Below are positions 1 to 8,980 of a DNA stretch of 64,000 nucleotides, piece by piece (the first letter of the stretch is position 1; every line of letters starts with the position of its first letter). The notes beneath the pieces were generated by a model. The model ran no database searches and was not told the origin of the DNA. It was given only the letters and a program-made list of their open reading frames with translations. The stretch covers positions 1-64,000 of the forward strand of contig JBFJCP010000003.1 of NCBI GenBank assembly GCA_041615815.1. The letters run 5' to 3'. This DNA is from Gemmatimonadales bacterium (GTDB lineage: Bacteria > Gemmatimonadota > Gemmatimonadetes > Gemmatimonadales > GWC2-71-9). A program made the position numbers and the translations under genes.

Positions 1-8
1 AGCGGGAA

Positions 9-635
9 ATGGGTAGACTCCGCTCCCCGCTCCCCGCCCCCCGCGCCCTCGCCGGCCGAGTGGTTCTGTGGTGGGTTGCGGCAATTCTGCTGATCAGCGC
101 AACCCCGTTCGCCCTCTCTGCCCAGTCCGGCGCCATCGTGCTCTTCGTGCAGGGCGGACGCCACCTGCCCTTGAGCAATCTCAATAGCGATACGGGTGAT
201 GAGCTCAGCTCCGGATTCTCGGCGGGTGGCGGGCTGAGCATCATGCTGGGTCCCAACCTCGCATTCCGAGGGTACATCTCGAGGGTCCGGTCCGACTACA
301 AAGGACCCACGTTGGACGTGCAGGACAGCACGGTCACCCGCCTGTTCTATGGCGGCGACATCTTGATCGGCGCAGCCACCGACTTCGGACTGGCCCCCTA
401 CATCTTTGGTGGTATTGGGGCGGTGCGCGTCGATCCTCAGGACGAGACTTTGGGATCGTTCGTGAACTTTGCGGGACGCGTGGGACTGGGATTCAATCTC
501 GTGATCGAAGACTCGCGTTTCACCCCCTTCGTGGAAGCGGGAACCTGGTTCTTCGGGTTCGACAGATTCGGCTTCGATGCGAGCCAACTGGATTTTCAGG
601 TGACGGTGGGATTCGCGTTGACGGTGCCCTACTGA
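9..635 (+). CDS. Outer-membrane beta-barrel (OmpA-like transmembrane/porin family) protein
   Basis: Signal-peptide-like N-terminus, alternating hydrophobic strands (APYIFGGIG, TPFVEAG), aromatic C-terminus; true start may be downstream of 9. Confidence 0.6.
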   Translation: MGRLRSPLPAPRALAGRVVLWWVAAILLISATPFALSAQSGAIVLFVQGGRHLPLSNLNSDTGDELSSGFSAGGGLSIMLGPNLAFRGYISRVRSDYKGPTLDVQDSTVTRLFYGGDILIGAATDFGLAPYIFGGIGAVRVDPQDETLGSFVNFAGRVGLGFNLVIEDSRFTPFVEAGTWFFGFDRFGFDASQLDFQVTVGFALTVPY

Positions 636-742
636 GTGAGGGGTACGTCAGGAGAGGAGTGGCGACCGTGTCGTCCGTCTGTGGGTTGAGGCGAGCCTCC
701 TCACTCCTCACTCTCTGTTAGATTGGAACACTCGATCTTCGG

Positions 743-813
743 TGGCCCCTCGTCCAACGGCAGGACGCCGGACTTTGGATCCGGAAATGATGGTTCGAAT
801 CCATCGGGGCCAA
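743..813 (+). tRNA. tRNA-Gln (anticodon TTG), CCA not encoded
   Basis: Acceptor stem TGGCCCC/GGGGCCA, anticodon arm CCGGA-CTTTGGA-TCCGG, T-arm GATGG-TTCGAAT-CCATC. Confidence 0.96.
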
Positions 814-872
814 TAGAGCAGTGAAACACCCCACCCACCCTGGGGATCGCGCCAGCCGCGGGAGCGGTTACC

Positions 873-1382
873 TCAGAACGTCCAGCCACCACCGAACGTG
901 AGATCGGCCATCCCGCTGGAGGGCACGATCACTCGCCCGCGTGCCTCGGCACGAAGACCGAAATGCCGCGCAGGCCGGGCCCGCACACCGGTGACCACGT
1001 GCACCGTTCCATTGCTGCCACCACCGTCCTCCAAAATCTGCTGAAAACCGCCACCCACGCCCACATACGGCCACCACTGCTTCACGGGGAAGGCCATCTG
1101 GAGCCCCAGCTCGGGAACGAGCGATCGGTCCGCAGCGTCGTCCTCGACGTAGGTAAACGCTGCTTCGACGATCAGTTGCCGATTGACCGGATACGACAGC
1201 CTGCTCACCAAGGACAACGCAACTCCCGTACGGCGTGAGTCCTCGACAAAACCACCAATGTCAAACAGCGACGGGCCCACGCCGACGTCCCAGGTCACCC
1301 GATGTACCTGCTGGCTCGAAACCGGACTGGCGCACAGCAGAGTCCAACCAAGAGCAAGGACACCGATGATATTCGCGCGCAC
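873..1382 (-). CDS. Small outer-membrane beta-barrel protein
   Basis: Signal peptide, WPYVGVGGG strand, C-terminal GGGWTF; GTG start at 1382 inferred (ORF extends to 1439). Confidence 0.6.
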   Translation of the reverse strand: MRANIIGVLALGWTLLCASPVSSQQVHRVTWDVGVGPSLFDIGGFVEDSRRTGVALSLVSRLSYPVNRQLIVEAAFTYVEDDAADRSLVPELGLQMAFPVKQWWPYVGVGGGFQQILEDGGGSNGTVHVVTGVRARPARHFGLRAEARGRVIVPSSGMADLTFGGGWTF

Positions 1383-1496
1383 GCATTGCCTTGAGCGGTC
1401 GTCGTGATCCAAATTATGTGCTCGCCCGCCCCATGCCATCGAACGATCGAGCGATGATTACTTCTACCCCCGCACGACCGCGGTTGCCCCCACTCC

Positions 1497-3011
1497 GTGA
1501 CTGACCGCCGCACCACACTCGACCCATCACCGACGACCCGCACGGGACTCGTGCGCGAGATGGGCGTCCTCGGCCTCGTGGCGACGGGCATCTGTTCCAT
1601 GGTCGGTGCGGCGATCAACGTGATCCCCTTTGCCATTCAACGGAGCGTACCCGGCATCGGGCCGTACGTGCTTCCGGCCTATTTGTTCGCCGCCGCGCCA
1701 GCCGTCCTCGCCGGCCTCGCCTACGCGATTCTCGCCTCGGCGATGCCCCGGGCGGGAGGGAGCTACGTGTACGCAAGCCGCGCCCTGAGCCCGTATCTCG
1801 GTTTCGTAGCCAGCTTCTCCCAGTGGTTCGGCCTCTCCATCGCCATCGGCGTCGTGTCCTACGTACTGATCCCGTTTCTGCGCGATATCGCCGCAGCCCT
1901 CGAGTGGATAAACCTCGCCACCGCGCTCGATACCGGCCCCGTCCGCCTCACCTTGGCGCTCCTCTTTCTCTGGATCTTCGTGGGCGTGAATCTGCGGGGT
2001 GTCCGGTCGTACCAGCGGACCCTCGTACCCCTCATGTTCCTGATGTTTGCGTTGAGCGCCGTGGTCATCGTGGCGGGGTTCTCGTTCGATCACGCGGACT
2101 TCACCGCCCAAGTGCTCGAGCGAGAGGGGCGCGCCCTCCCGAGCGGGGGTGTGCCGGTGTTTCGGTTCGACGTGTTTCTCCCGGCGTCAGCACTGCTTTT
2201 TGCCAGCTTCATCGGTTTCGATTCCATTGCCCAAGCCGGCGGCGAGGCGCGAAACCCTGGGCGCTCGCTCCCCCTGGCCATCGGAATCGCCGTGCTGGGC
2301 GTCGGCACGTTCTACGTTCTGTTCACCGCCGCGGTGTACCACGCCGTGCCATGGGAGTACGTGGCGGAGCAAGCATTGCAACGCGACGTCACGGCACCGG
2401 GCTTGCTTGGCTATCTCCTCCCCCCCGCGTGGACGGTCCTCATCGTGGCCGGGGCCGCCGTGGCGCTGATCAACGACCTGCCGGCCATGCTGCTGGCCGT
2501 CTCCCGGCTCATGTTCGCATGGGCCGAGGACGGGGTGTTTCCGCGTATCGTCGCTACGGTGCATCCGCGCCGCCACACTCCGCATGTGGCCATCCTGCTG
2601 AGTGGAGCGATGGCGTCCGTCGGTATCCTCGGCAGCCATCTGGCCGGTGACTTTTTTCTGGGGGTCGATCTCTTGGTCACCTCCATGCTCGTGAATTTTC
2701 TCCTCATGTGCGTATCGGTGCTCACGCTTCCGACGCGCAACCCGGCAATTGCCCGCGACGTCACCGTCGCACCCACCCGATCCATCCAAGCACCGCTCGC
2801 CCTCGTCGGAGCGATCGCGCTTACCGGCTTTCTCGTGGTACACACCTGGAAGGACCTCATCACCTCCGCGAACCCTTGGTACCTGCGGTCCACCCCGGTG
2901 TGGCTCATCGTCATGGCCGTCGCGACCGTGATCTACCTGCGCAACGTGAGCAACCTGAAGCGACGCGGCGTGGACGTGCACCGACTCTTCGCCACGTTGC
3001 CACCAGAATGA
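1497..3011 (+). CDS. APC-family amino acid permease
   Basis: ~12 TM segments; LASAMPRAGGSYVY, FIGFDSIAQAGGEARNPGR and SRLMFAWAEDG motifs. Confidence 0.9.
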   Translation: MTDRRTTLDPSPTTRTGLVREMGVLGLVATGICSMVGAAINVIPFAIQRSVPGIGPYVLPAYLFAAAPAVLAGLAYAILASAMPRAGGSYVYASRALSPYLGFVASFSQWFGLSIAIGVVSYVLIPFLRDIAAALEWINLATALDTGPVRLTLALLFLWIFVGVNLRGVRSYQRTLVPLMFLMFALSAVVIVAGFSFDHADFTAQVLEREGRALPSGGVPVFRFDVFLPASALLFASFIGFDSIAQAGGEARNPGRSLPLAIGIAVLGVGTFYVLFTAAVYHAVPWEYVAEQALQRDVTAPGLLGYLLPPAWTVLIVAGAAVALINDLPAMLLAVSRLMFAWAEDGVFPRIVATVHPRRHTPHVAILLSGAMASVGILGSHLAGDFFLGVDLLVTSMLVNFLLMCVSVLTLPTRNPAIARDVTVAPTRSIQAPLALVGAIALTGFLVVHTWKDLITSANPWYLRSTPVWLIVMAVATVIYLRNVSNLKRRGVDVHRLFATLPPE

Positions 3012-4474
3012 TCGAACCCATGCACACCACCGTGGAACGCGCCAAGCTGGCACCCGGATTCGAGATCTCCCGCGTCCTCACGGGACTCTGGCAGATCGCG
3101 GACATGGAGCGAGACGGAAAGAGCGTGGACCTCGAGTCCGCCGCCGGCACCATGACGCCCTATGTAGACGCTGGATTCACCACGTTCGACATGGCGGACC
3201 ACTATGGATCTGCCGAGGAGATCGCCGGGCTGTACGCGCGACGTCATGGCAGAGCCGATATCCAGTGTCTCACCAAATGGGTTCCCACGCCGGGACCGCT
3301 GACCAGCCATGATGTGCGCGCCGCCGTTCGACGATCGCTGGATCGACTGCAAACGGACGCGATCGATCTCCTCCAGTACCACGCCTGGAACTACGCCGAC
3401 GAGCGCTGGCTGGATGGCCTGTTTTGGCTGCAGGAGCTCAAACAAGAGGGCCTCATCCGACACCTCGGCATGACCAACGTGGACACGCACCACCTGCGGA
3501 TGATCGTCCACAGCGGGATCGAGCTCGTCTCCAACCAGGTGTGCTTCTCGCTCATCGATCGCCGACCGCTGCAGGGGATGACCGATCTCTGCGAGAAACA
3601 CGGCATCAAGCTCCTGGCGTACGGAACCGTGGCGGGCGGGTTTCTCACCGAGCGATGGCTCGGCGCCCCGGAACCGGATTGGAGCCGGCTCGAGACGTGG
3701 TCACAGATGAAATACGGCCGGTTCATACGGGAAGCGGGCGGCTGGGAGAAACTGCAGCCCCTACTGCGAGCAGCCAGCGCGGTGGCTCGCCGGCACAGCG
3801 TATCGATGGCAAACGTGGCATGCCGTTACGTCCTCGACCAGCCCGCCGTGGCCGGTGTCATCATCGGGGCACGCCTGGGCCTCAGCGAGCACATCGACGA
3901 TAACCTCCGCCTGTTCGGCTTTTCCCTGGACGAAGGCGATCGCCAAGTACTCGACGGAGCACTCGCTGCTCTCGATCCCATCCCCGGCGACTGCGGGGAC
4001 GAGTACCGGAGGCCTCCGTTTCTCACCGCGTCCGGAGATCTCAGTCATCATCTCGACGCTGTTCCAACACCCTACCCTGCGCAGCGGGGTCATGACGACC
4101 GCACCATCGTGCTGAGCGGGACACCCTGGGAGACGATGGCGGGCTACGCTCGCGCGGTGCGGCGGGGTGAGCGGATCTCGGTATCCGGTACCACGGCTAC
4201 TCACCGCGATCGGGTGATCGGCGGCACGGATCCGGCGTCGCAAACGCACTTCGTCATCGACAAGATCGAAGGGGCGCTCCAATCCCTGGGCGGCCGGCTC
4301 GAGGACGTGGTCCGGACCCGCATCTTCGTGCGTCGCATGGAGGACTGGGAAGCCGTGGCCCGCGCACACGGGGAGCGGTTCCGGCAAATCCTTCCCGCCA
4401 ACACCCTCGTGCAAGCCGGGCTGATCGGCGACGAATACCTCGTCGAGATCGAGGCCGAGGCGACGGTGCGGTAA
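3008..4474 (+). CDS. Aldo/keto reductase fused to C-terminal RidA/YjgF (Rid) domain
   Basis: ATGA overlap with the permease stop; AKR tetrad (DMADHY, TKW, QYH); C-terminal GYARAVR..VSGTT..LVEIEAEA Rid fold. Confidence 0.85.
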   Translation: MIEPMHTTVERAKLAPGFEISRVLTGLWQIADMERDGKSVDLESAAGTMTPYVDAGFTTFDMADHYGSAEEIAGLYARRHGRADIQCLTKWVPTPGPLTSHDVRAAVRRSLDRLQTDAIDLLQYHAWNYADERWLDGLFWLQELKQEGLIRHLGMTNVDTHHLRMIVHSGIELVSNQVCFSLIDRRPLQGMTDLCEKHGIKLLAYGTVAGGFLTERWLGAPEPDWSRLETWSQMKYGRFIREAGGWEKLQPLLRAASAVARRHSVSMANVACRYVLDQPAVAGVIIGARLGLSEHIDDNLRLFGFSLDEGDRQVLDGALAALDPIPGDCGDEYRRPPFLTASGDLSHHLDAVPTPYPAQRGHDDRTIVLSGTPWETMAGYARAVRRGERISVSGTTATHRDRVIGGTDPASQTHFVIDKIEGALQSLGGRLEDVVRTRIFVRRMEDWEAVARAHGERFRQILPANTLVQAGLIGDEYLVEIEAEATVR

Positions 4475-4477
4475 CAG

Positions 4478-4948
4478 CTACCGGTGGGATTCGAAGATCT
4501 TCCCCACGAGCTGCCAGCGGCCGTCGAGCTTGTAGAGCAGAAAGTAGTCCGTGAAGACCTGGTCGTTGTCGAAGTACACCACAGCGCGTGCCGCCGCCGA
4601 CCCGCCTTCTCTCGCGAGCACGTCTACCTTGGCCGACACCTCGTGCTCAGGGGGAGTCCCCTCCGCGGGAAGTCGACTCACCCATTGATCGATCGTGACA
4701 TGGCGGATGCTGTCTTCCGGGGTCCGCACGAACATGTAAAAGCCCGGATGGAACCCCGCCTCCACGGCGGCCCGGCTCGCGTTCCTGTGCATCCCGTCGA
4801 CATAGGCGCTGAGGATGACTCCTCGAATGGCCTCATCATCGTTGGCCGCGCTCCGCGATTGGAGCGCGAAAAACCCCAGGGGCACGGCCAGGAGCATCGT
4901 GATGGTAAAGGGCAGCGAAGGTCTCCCACGGCGATGGCGTTCTGTCAT
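4478..4948 (-). CDS. Secreted NTF2-like (putative lumazine-binding/SnoaL-like) protein
   Basis: Signal peptide, YVDG..GFHP, FTDYFLLYKLDGRWQLVGKIF; SD GAGGAG before ATG 4948. Confidence 0.7.
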   Translation of the reverse strand: MTERHRRGRPSLPFTITMLLAVPLGFFALQSRSAANDDEAIRGVILSAYVDGMHRNASRAAVEAGFHPGFYMFVRTPEDSIRHVTIDQWVSRLPAEGTPPEHEVSAKVDVLAREGGSAAARAVVYFDNDQVFTDYFLLYKLDGRWQLVGKIFESHR

Positions 4949-5154
4949 GACCACTCCTCAGAAAGTGAATCCCAACCTACTCGGATGCTCGTTCTTTTTT
5001 GTGATCACCTTATCCGCTGGGTGTAAGAGGACGGTATGGTCCATGGATGGAAATTGTGTGATCGCACGCGCGCACTTGGTATCGCGTCCCTTGCGGGCCA
5101 ACGGCGCCGCGCGCAGCATCGAGGCAGCCCGTCCAACCGCTGCCAGGAGTGATG

Positions 5155-5412
5155 ATGACCCTGATCAAGTGCCCTGAGTGCGGCAACCAGGTCTCGGACC
5201 AGGCCGTGGCCTGTCCGTCGTGCGGCAACCCCATCAAGCAGGACGAGGACGCAAAACCGCATCGTCGCGTCACGTGGGGACTCAGGGACGTGATGCGGGA
5301 CATCCAGGAAGGCCGCACAGACACCGCATTCCAACGTTACGGCTGCCGCTATCCGCTGATCCTGCTCATGATCATCCCGATCCTCGTGATACTCTACCTC
5401 GTCTTTCGGTAG
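5155..5412 (+). CDS. Zinc-ribbon protein with C-terminal membrane anchor
   Basis: CPECG..VSDQA..CPSCG plus hydrophobic C-terminus; SD AGGAG. Confidence 0.7.
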   Translation: MTLIKCPECGNQVSDQAVACPSCGNPIKQDEDAKPHRRVTWGLRDVMRDIQEGRTDTAFQRYGCRYPLILLMIIPILVILYLVFR

Positions 5413-5420
5413 CTCATCCG

Positions 5421-6605
5421 CTACTCGGGACTCAGTCGCACGATCATCCCTTCGTCGACCCCGAGATACAGCAGGCCATCCGGACCCTGTGTGACGAAGC
5501 GGACCCGCCAGTTTCGGTCCACCAGAAGACGCTCTTCACGCACGACACGATCGCCGTCGAGCACCAGGCGATTCAAATGCTGCAACACCATCGCGCCAAT
5601 GAACAGGTTGCCCTGCCACTCGGGAAACGCGCTTCCCGTGTAGAACACCATCCCACTCGGGGCAATCGACGGCACGTAATAGTGCAGGGGCTGCTCCATC
5701 CCCTCCTTGCGGGTGATTCCCGCGCCCACCGGCCCTCCACGATACTCCTGCCCGTAGCTGATGACGGGCCAGCCATAGTTCAGCCCGGGCCGGATGAGAT
5801 TCACCTCGTCCCCCCCTCGCGGCCCGTGTTCGTGCTCCCAAAGGGCCCCAGTGGTGGGATGACGGGTCAGGCCCTGCGGATTCCGATGACCGTAGGTCCA
5901 GATCTCGGGGAGCGCATCGTTCCGCCCCACGAACGGATTGTCGTCCGGCACCCGTCCGTCGTCATGCACGCGCAGCACCTTGCCATGGTGGCTGTCGAGC
6001 TGCTGTGCGCGGTATCGGTCGGTGCGATCGCCCACTGAAAGGAATAGGTAGCCGTCGTGCAAGACCAGCCGCCCGCCGAAGTGGTTTGCCGCTCTCGACA
6101 GAGCCTGGGCGGTGAAGATGCGCTCTCGATCCACTAATTGATTCGCGCGGAGGCGGGCGCGGTCGACGACCGTGGTGGCCCCCCGCGGGGTATTCGCAGA
6201 ATACGAGAAGTAGATCCACCGGTTTGCGTCGTAGTCCGGGTGGAGGACAACGTCCAGGAGACCACCCTGCCCCGAGGCGAACACCGGTGGCACCCCACCG
6301 ATGCGCGTCGCTTGACCTGTCGCGAGGTCGACCAGGTGCATCCGACCGGGCTGACGCTGCGTCACGATGGCTCGTCCGTCGGGGAGGAAGGCCATGCTCC
6401 ACGGCACCCGGATTCCACGGGCCACGACGTCGACGCGGAAGCGGACCTGATCGTCGGGCTGGACCCTTCGCTCCCGCAGCCGGGGGTGATCGTCCGTTTC
6501 GCGATCCGCGCCACGCAACGCGGCCAACGTGGCGGCCGCCAGAAGCACGGGCGTCAGCCAACCGATGAATCGACGCCAGGAGCGCCGCTGCCTCTGCTCG
6601 AACAT
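5421..6605 (-). CDS. PQQ-dependent sugar (glucose/sorbosone) dehydrogenase
   Basis: PWSMAFLPDG, GQGGLLDV, HFGGRL, YGHRNPQG, EHGPRGGDEVN, NYGWP motifs; SD GGAGG before ATG 6605. Confidence 0.9.
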   Translation of the reverse strand: MFEQRQRRSWRRFIGWLTPVLLAAATLAALRGADRETDDHPRLRERRVQPDDQVRFRVDVVARGIRVPWSMAFLPDGRAIVTQRQPGRMHLVDLATGQATRIGGVPPVFASGQGGLLDVVLHPDYDANRWIYFSYSANTPRGATTVVDRARLRANQLVDRERIFTAQALSRAANHFGGRLVLHDGYLFLSVGDRTDRYRAQQLDSHHGKVLRVHDDGRVPDDNPFVGRNDALPEIWTYGHRNPQGLTRHPTTGALWEHEHGPRGGDEVNLIRPGLNYGWPVISYGQEYRGGPVGAGITRKEGMEQPLHYYVPSIAPSGMVFYTGSAFPEWQGNLFIGAMVLQHLNRLVLDGDRVVREERLLVDRNWRVRFVTQGPDGLLYLGVDEGMIVRLSPE

Positions 6606-6749
6606 TTCTCCTCCGATGGGTCCAACCTCGAGTCGCGAAGTCCGATGGCGTTGTACACAGCACGATCCCAAAGGGTCGGCACTGAACGGAGCGCCTCCTT
6701 GTGCATCCTGGACATCAGGCAACTTTATTAGGTACGGGAGGAGGCCCCC

Positions 6750-7199
6750 ATGACGCAAACGACCTCGCCTTCGGCGGACGCAACACGCACCCCACGGAAA
6801 CAGCCTGAGACGCTACGGCTCCGCTCCGTGTCGCCATCACTGACGGTAAACGACATTCACGCCAGCATCGCATGGTACTGCAACGTGCTCGGATTCATTG
6901 TGGTGGACGAATGGAACCACGAAGGGAAGTTGCTGGGCGTCACCCTGCGGGCCGGCGCGGTGGATCTACTCTTGGGACAAGATGACTTCGCCAAGGGCAG
7001 GGATCGTCCAAAGGGAGTCGGGTTCCGCCTGTATTGCCAAACGGTGCAGGACGTCGACACCGTGGCCAACGCCATCAAGGCCCGCGGAGGCTCGTTGGAG
7101 CGAGAGCCCACGACGCATTCCTGGGGGGTGCGGGATTTCGCCATTGTGGACCCGGACGGATTCAAGATTTCCGTGGGAACTTGGGACGCGCAGCAGTGA
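6750..7199 (+). CDS. VOC (glyoxalase/bleomycin-resistance) family protein
   Basis: LTVNDI..SIAWY..VLGF and WGVRDFAIVDPDG motifs; SD GGAGG. Confidence 0.85.
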   Translation: MTQTTSPSADATRTPRKQPETLRLRSVSPSLTVNDIHASIAWYCNVLGFIVVDEWNHEGKLLGVTLRAGAVDLLLGQDDFAKGRDRPKGVGFRLYCQTVQDVDTVANAIKARGGSLEREPTTHSWGVRDFAIVDPDGFKISVGTWDAQQ

Positions 7200-7243
7200 A
7201 ATCCGCGAGCGCCCGCGCCTGAGAGACGCCCGCCCAGAACCGC

Positions 7244-7259
7244 CGGCATTGCCCTTGCA
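7244..7259 (+). promoter_or_regulatory. Candidate sigma-54 promoter (-24/-12)
   Basis: CGGCAT-TGCCC-TTGCA with exact GG-N10-GC spacing, ~130 nt upstream of the 7390 gene. Confidence 0.5.
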
Positions 7260-7389
7260 TTGTCCAATGGAACGGGCTCGCCACTTCACGGTCGCCCGAA
7301 CTGAGGCTTCGACGTAGTTTGGACGAAGCACCCTTCCGCTGTTGGGGCGCCCCGCCGCGTGGGTCCGGACAGCGCTCGGAGGTACCCAT

Positions 7390-7986
7390 ATGCGTCACGT
7401 GCTTTTCTCGGGCCTGATCCTTTCGTTCGCAGCGCTTCCCACGTCAGCGCAGCAGCCGCAGCGTCCCGACTCCCAGCCTCGCATGCAGGCCGTCACCCTG
7501 GGACCGGGCGCTCGCATCCGCGTGACGCACGGTTGCGGCCCGCGAACGACCTCCGCCGGCGATCTTCGCATGGTCTGCAAACGAGCCGTTGGAAGCCTGA
7601 CCACGTGGACCCCCTCCACCCTCACCCTGGAGCACGAAGCGTCCGGCAATTCGATGCAGCTCTCGCTCGCGTCGGCGCGGCGACTCGAGATCAGTCATGG
7701 CACCTACCCACCGGCGCGCGTGCGGGGGGCGGTGTTCGGAGCGCTCTTCGGGGCGCCGGTGGGATTCGGAATGGGCCTGATCCTCGAAGGTTTGGTTTGT
7801 GGATCCGCCTGTGGAGGCGAGATCATCAGCGGGAGCATGCTCGTCGGCATCGGCCTTGGCGTCGTGGGGGGTGCCCTCCTCACCAACGGCGCCCGCGACG
7901 ATTGGGTCAACGTTCCCCTCCGCCAGATCCGAAACACCAAACCTGCACCGCGCGGGACCCGGATTGGGCTGGCGTTGGTGTTTTAG
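7390..7986 (+). CDS. Hypothetical exported/membrane protein
   Basis: SD GGAGG, signal peptide, Gly-rich hydrophobic helices. Confidence 0.6.
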   Translation: MRHVLFSGLILSFAALPTSAQQPQRPDSQPRMQAVTLGPGARIRVTHGCGPRTTSAGDLRMVCKRAVGSLTTWTPSTLTLEHEASGNSMQLSLASARRLEISHGTYPPARVRGAVFGALFGAPVGFGMGLILEGLVCGSACGGEIISGSMLVGIGLGVVGGALLTNGARDDWVNVPLRQIRNTKPAPRGTRIGLALVF

Positions 7987-8195
7987 GCGGTCGGCGGATC
8001 AGTGGACCACGAACCGGAATAGCGCGCGCAAGAAGCCGCGGCTCGGCTGATGCCGCCGGAGCGACGGACATCCTCTCGCCCTTCCACCTCCCGGACCCTT
8101 CCACCGCTGCTGCCTTTCCCCCGCTACGCTCCCGCCTCTTCTCCCCGCCCGAATTTTGCTCTATCCTGTAGCCACCCACCAATCGGAGACCATCC

Positions 8196-8462
8196 ATGGC
8201 CCCCATCCGTGTCTATACCACACCCACGTGACCCTACTGCCGGGAGGCCAAGGATTGGCTTCGCGAGCACGACTGCGCATTCGAGGAGCTCGATGTCACC
8301 AAAGATGTGGAACTCCTGCGGGAGTGGCGCGCGCTGACCGGGGGCGCGGGGGTCCCCACGATCGCCCACGGCAACGATTTCATGGTGGGGTTCAATCCCG
8401 AGCGGCTCGCCCAGTTCGTCGACTGTTGCGCACACTGCTCACCGGTTCCTGACGCGGCGTAG
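8196..8462 (+). CDS. Glutaredoxin/NrdH-like protein, probable selenoprotein (UPYC); absent from the ORF track
   Basis: MAPIRVYTTPT-TGA(8229-8231)-PYCREAKDWLREH..FEELDV..GVPTI..MVGFNPERL..; the TGA sits at the first Cys of the CxxC motif. Confidence 0.85.
8241..8265 (+). promoter_or_regulatory. Candidate bacterial SECIS hairpin
   Basis: GAGGCCAA-GGA-TTGGCTTC stem-loop (8244-8262) with a G-rich apical loop 20 nt after the UGA. Confidence 0.65.
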
Positions 8463-8471
8463 CCCGAGTCC

Positions 8472-8810
8472 GTGACCGAACCACCCATCCACCACGACCC
8501 GGAGCGACAGCGGTTCGTCGCTTCCGTCGACGGCGACACGGCCTTCTTGCGCTATCAACGGGCGGGAGCCGACACGCTCGATTTCCGCAGCACTTTCGTG
8601 CCCCGCGCCCGTCGTCGGCAGGGCATGGGGCACCGGCTCGTGCGTCATGCCCTGGACTACGCCCGGGAAGCCGGCTATCGCGTGATCCCAACGTGTTGGT
8701 TCGTGCGCGAGATCATGGAGGAAACACCGGAGTATGGGCAGTTACGACAAGTCACCGGCCACGGGGGATCGGTAACCGGGGACCGGGAGGGACCCCGGGG
8801 GAGCGTATGA
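8472..8810 (+). CDS. Small GNAT N-acetyltransferase (YjdJ-like)
   Basis: RF..AFLRY..STFVP..RRQGMG..VIPTCWFV. Confidence 0.85.
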   Translation: MTEPPIHHDPERQRFVASVDGDTAFLRYQRAGADTLDFRSTFVPRARRRQGMGHRLVRHALDYAREAGYRVIPTCWFVREIMEETPEYGQLRQVTGHGGSVTGDREGPRGSV

Positions 8811-8940
8811 TCGCGGACCCCACTTCGAGGCGGCGTAGGTCCCCGGGAGCACTCCGTCGCCTGTCACCGTCACCCTGTACACCGAGCCCCTACCCGATGG
8901 CCCCCACCACCCCACCAAGCCCCCATCCCCTTACCACCCC

Positions 8941-8969
8941 TTGGCTTCCGAGCTCGCACGAGGTAGCTT
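8941..8969 (+). promoter_or_regulatory. Candidate sigma-70 promoter of prs
   Basis: TTGGCT-N17-TAGCTT ending 11 nt before the ATG. Confidence 0.4.
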
Positions 8970-8980
8970 GCTAGGCTCCC

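Noticed and set aside
4990..5075. TGTGA half-sites as Crp boxes
   Set aside because: No matching TCACA half-site at 6-nt spacing
7270..7389. Riboswitch in the leader of the 7390 gene
   Set aside because: Hairpins are present but no aptamer consensus was recognised
8050..8452. ORF-track calls 8050-8337 and 8156-8452
   Set aside because: Wrong frames; the TGA-interrupted glutaredoxin frame explains the region
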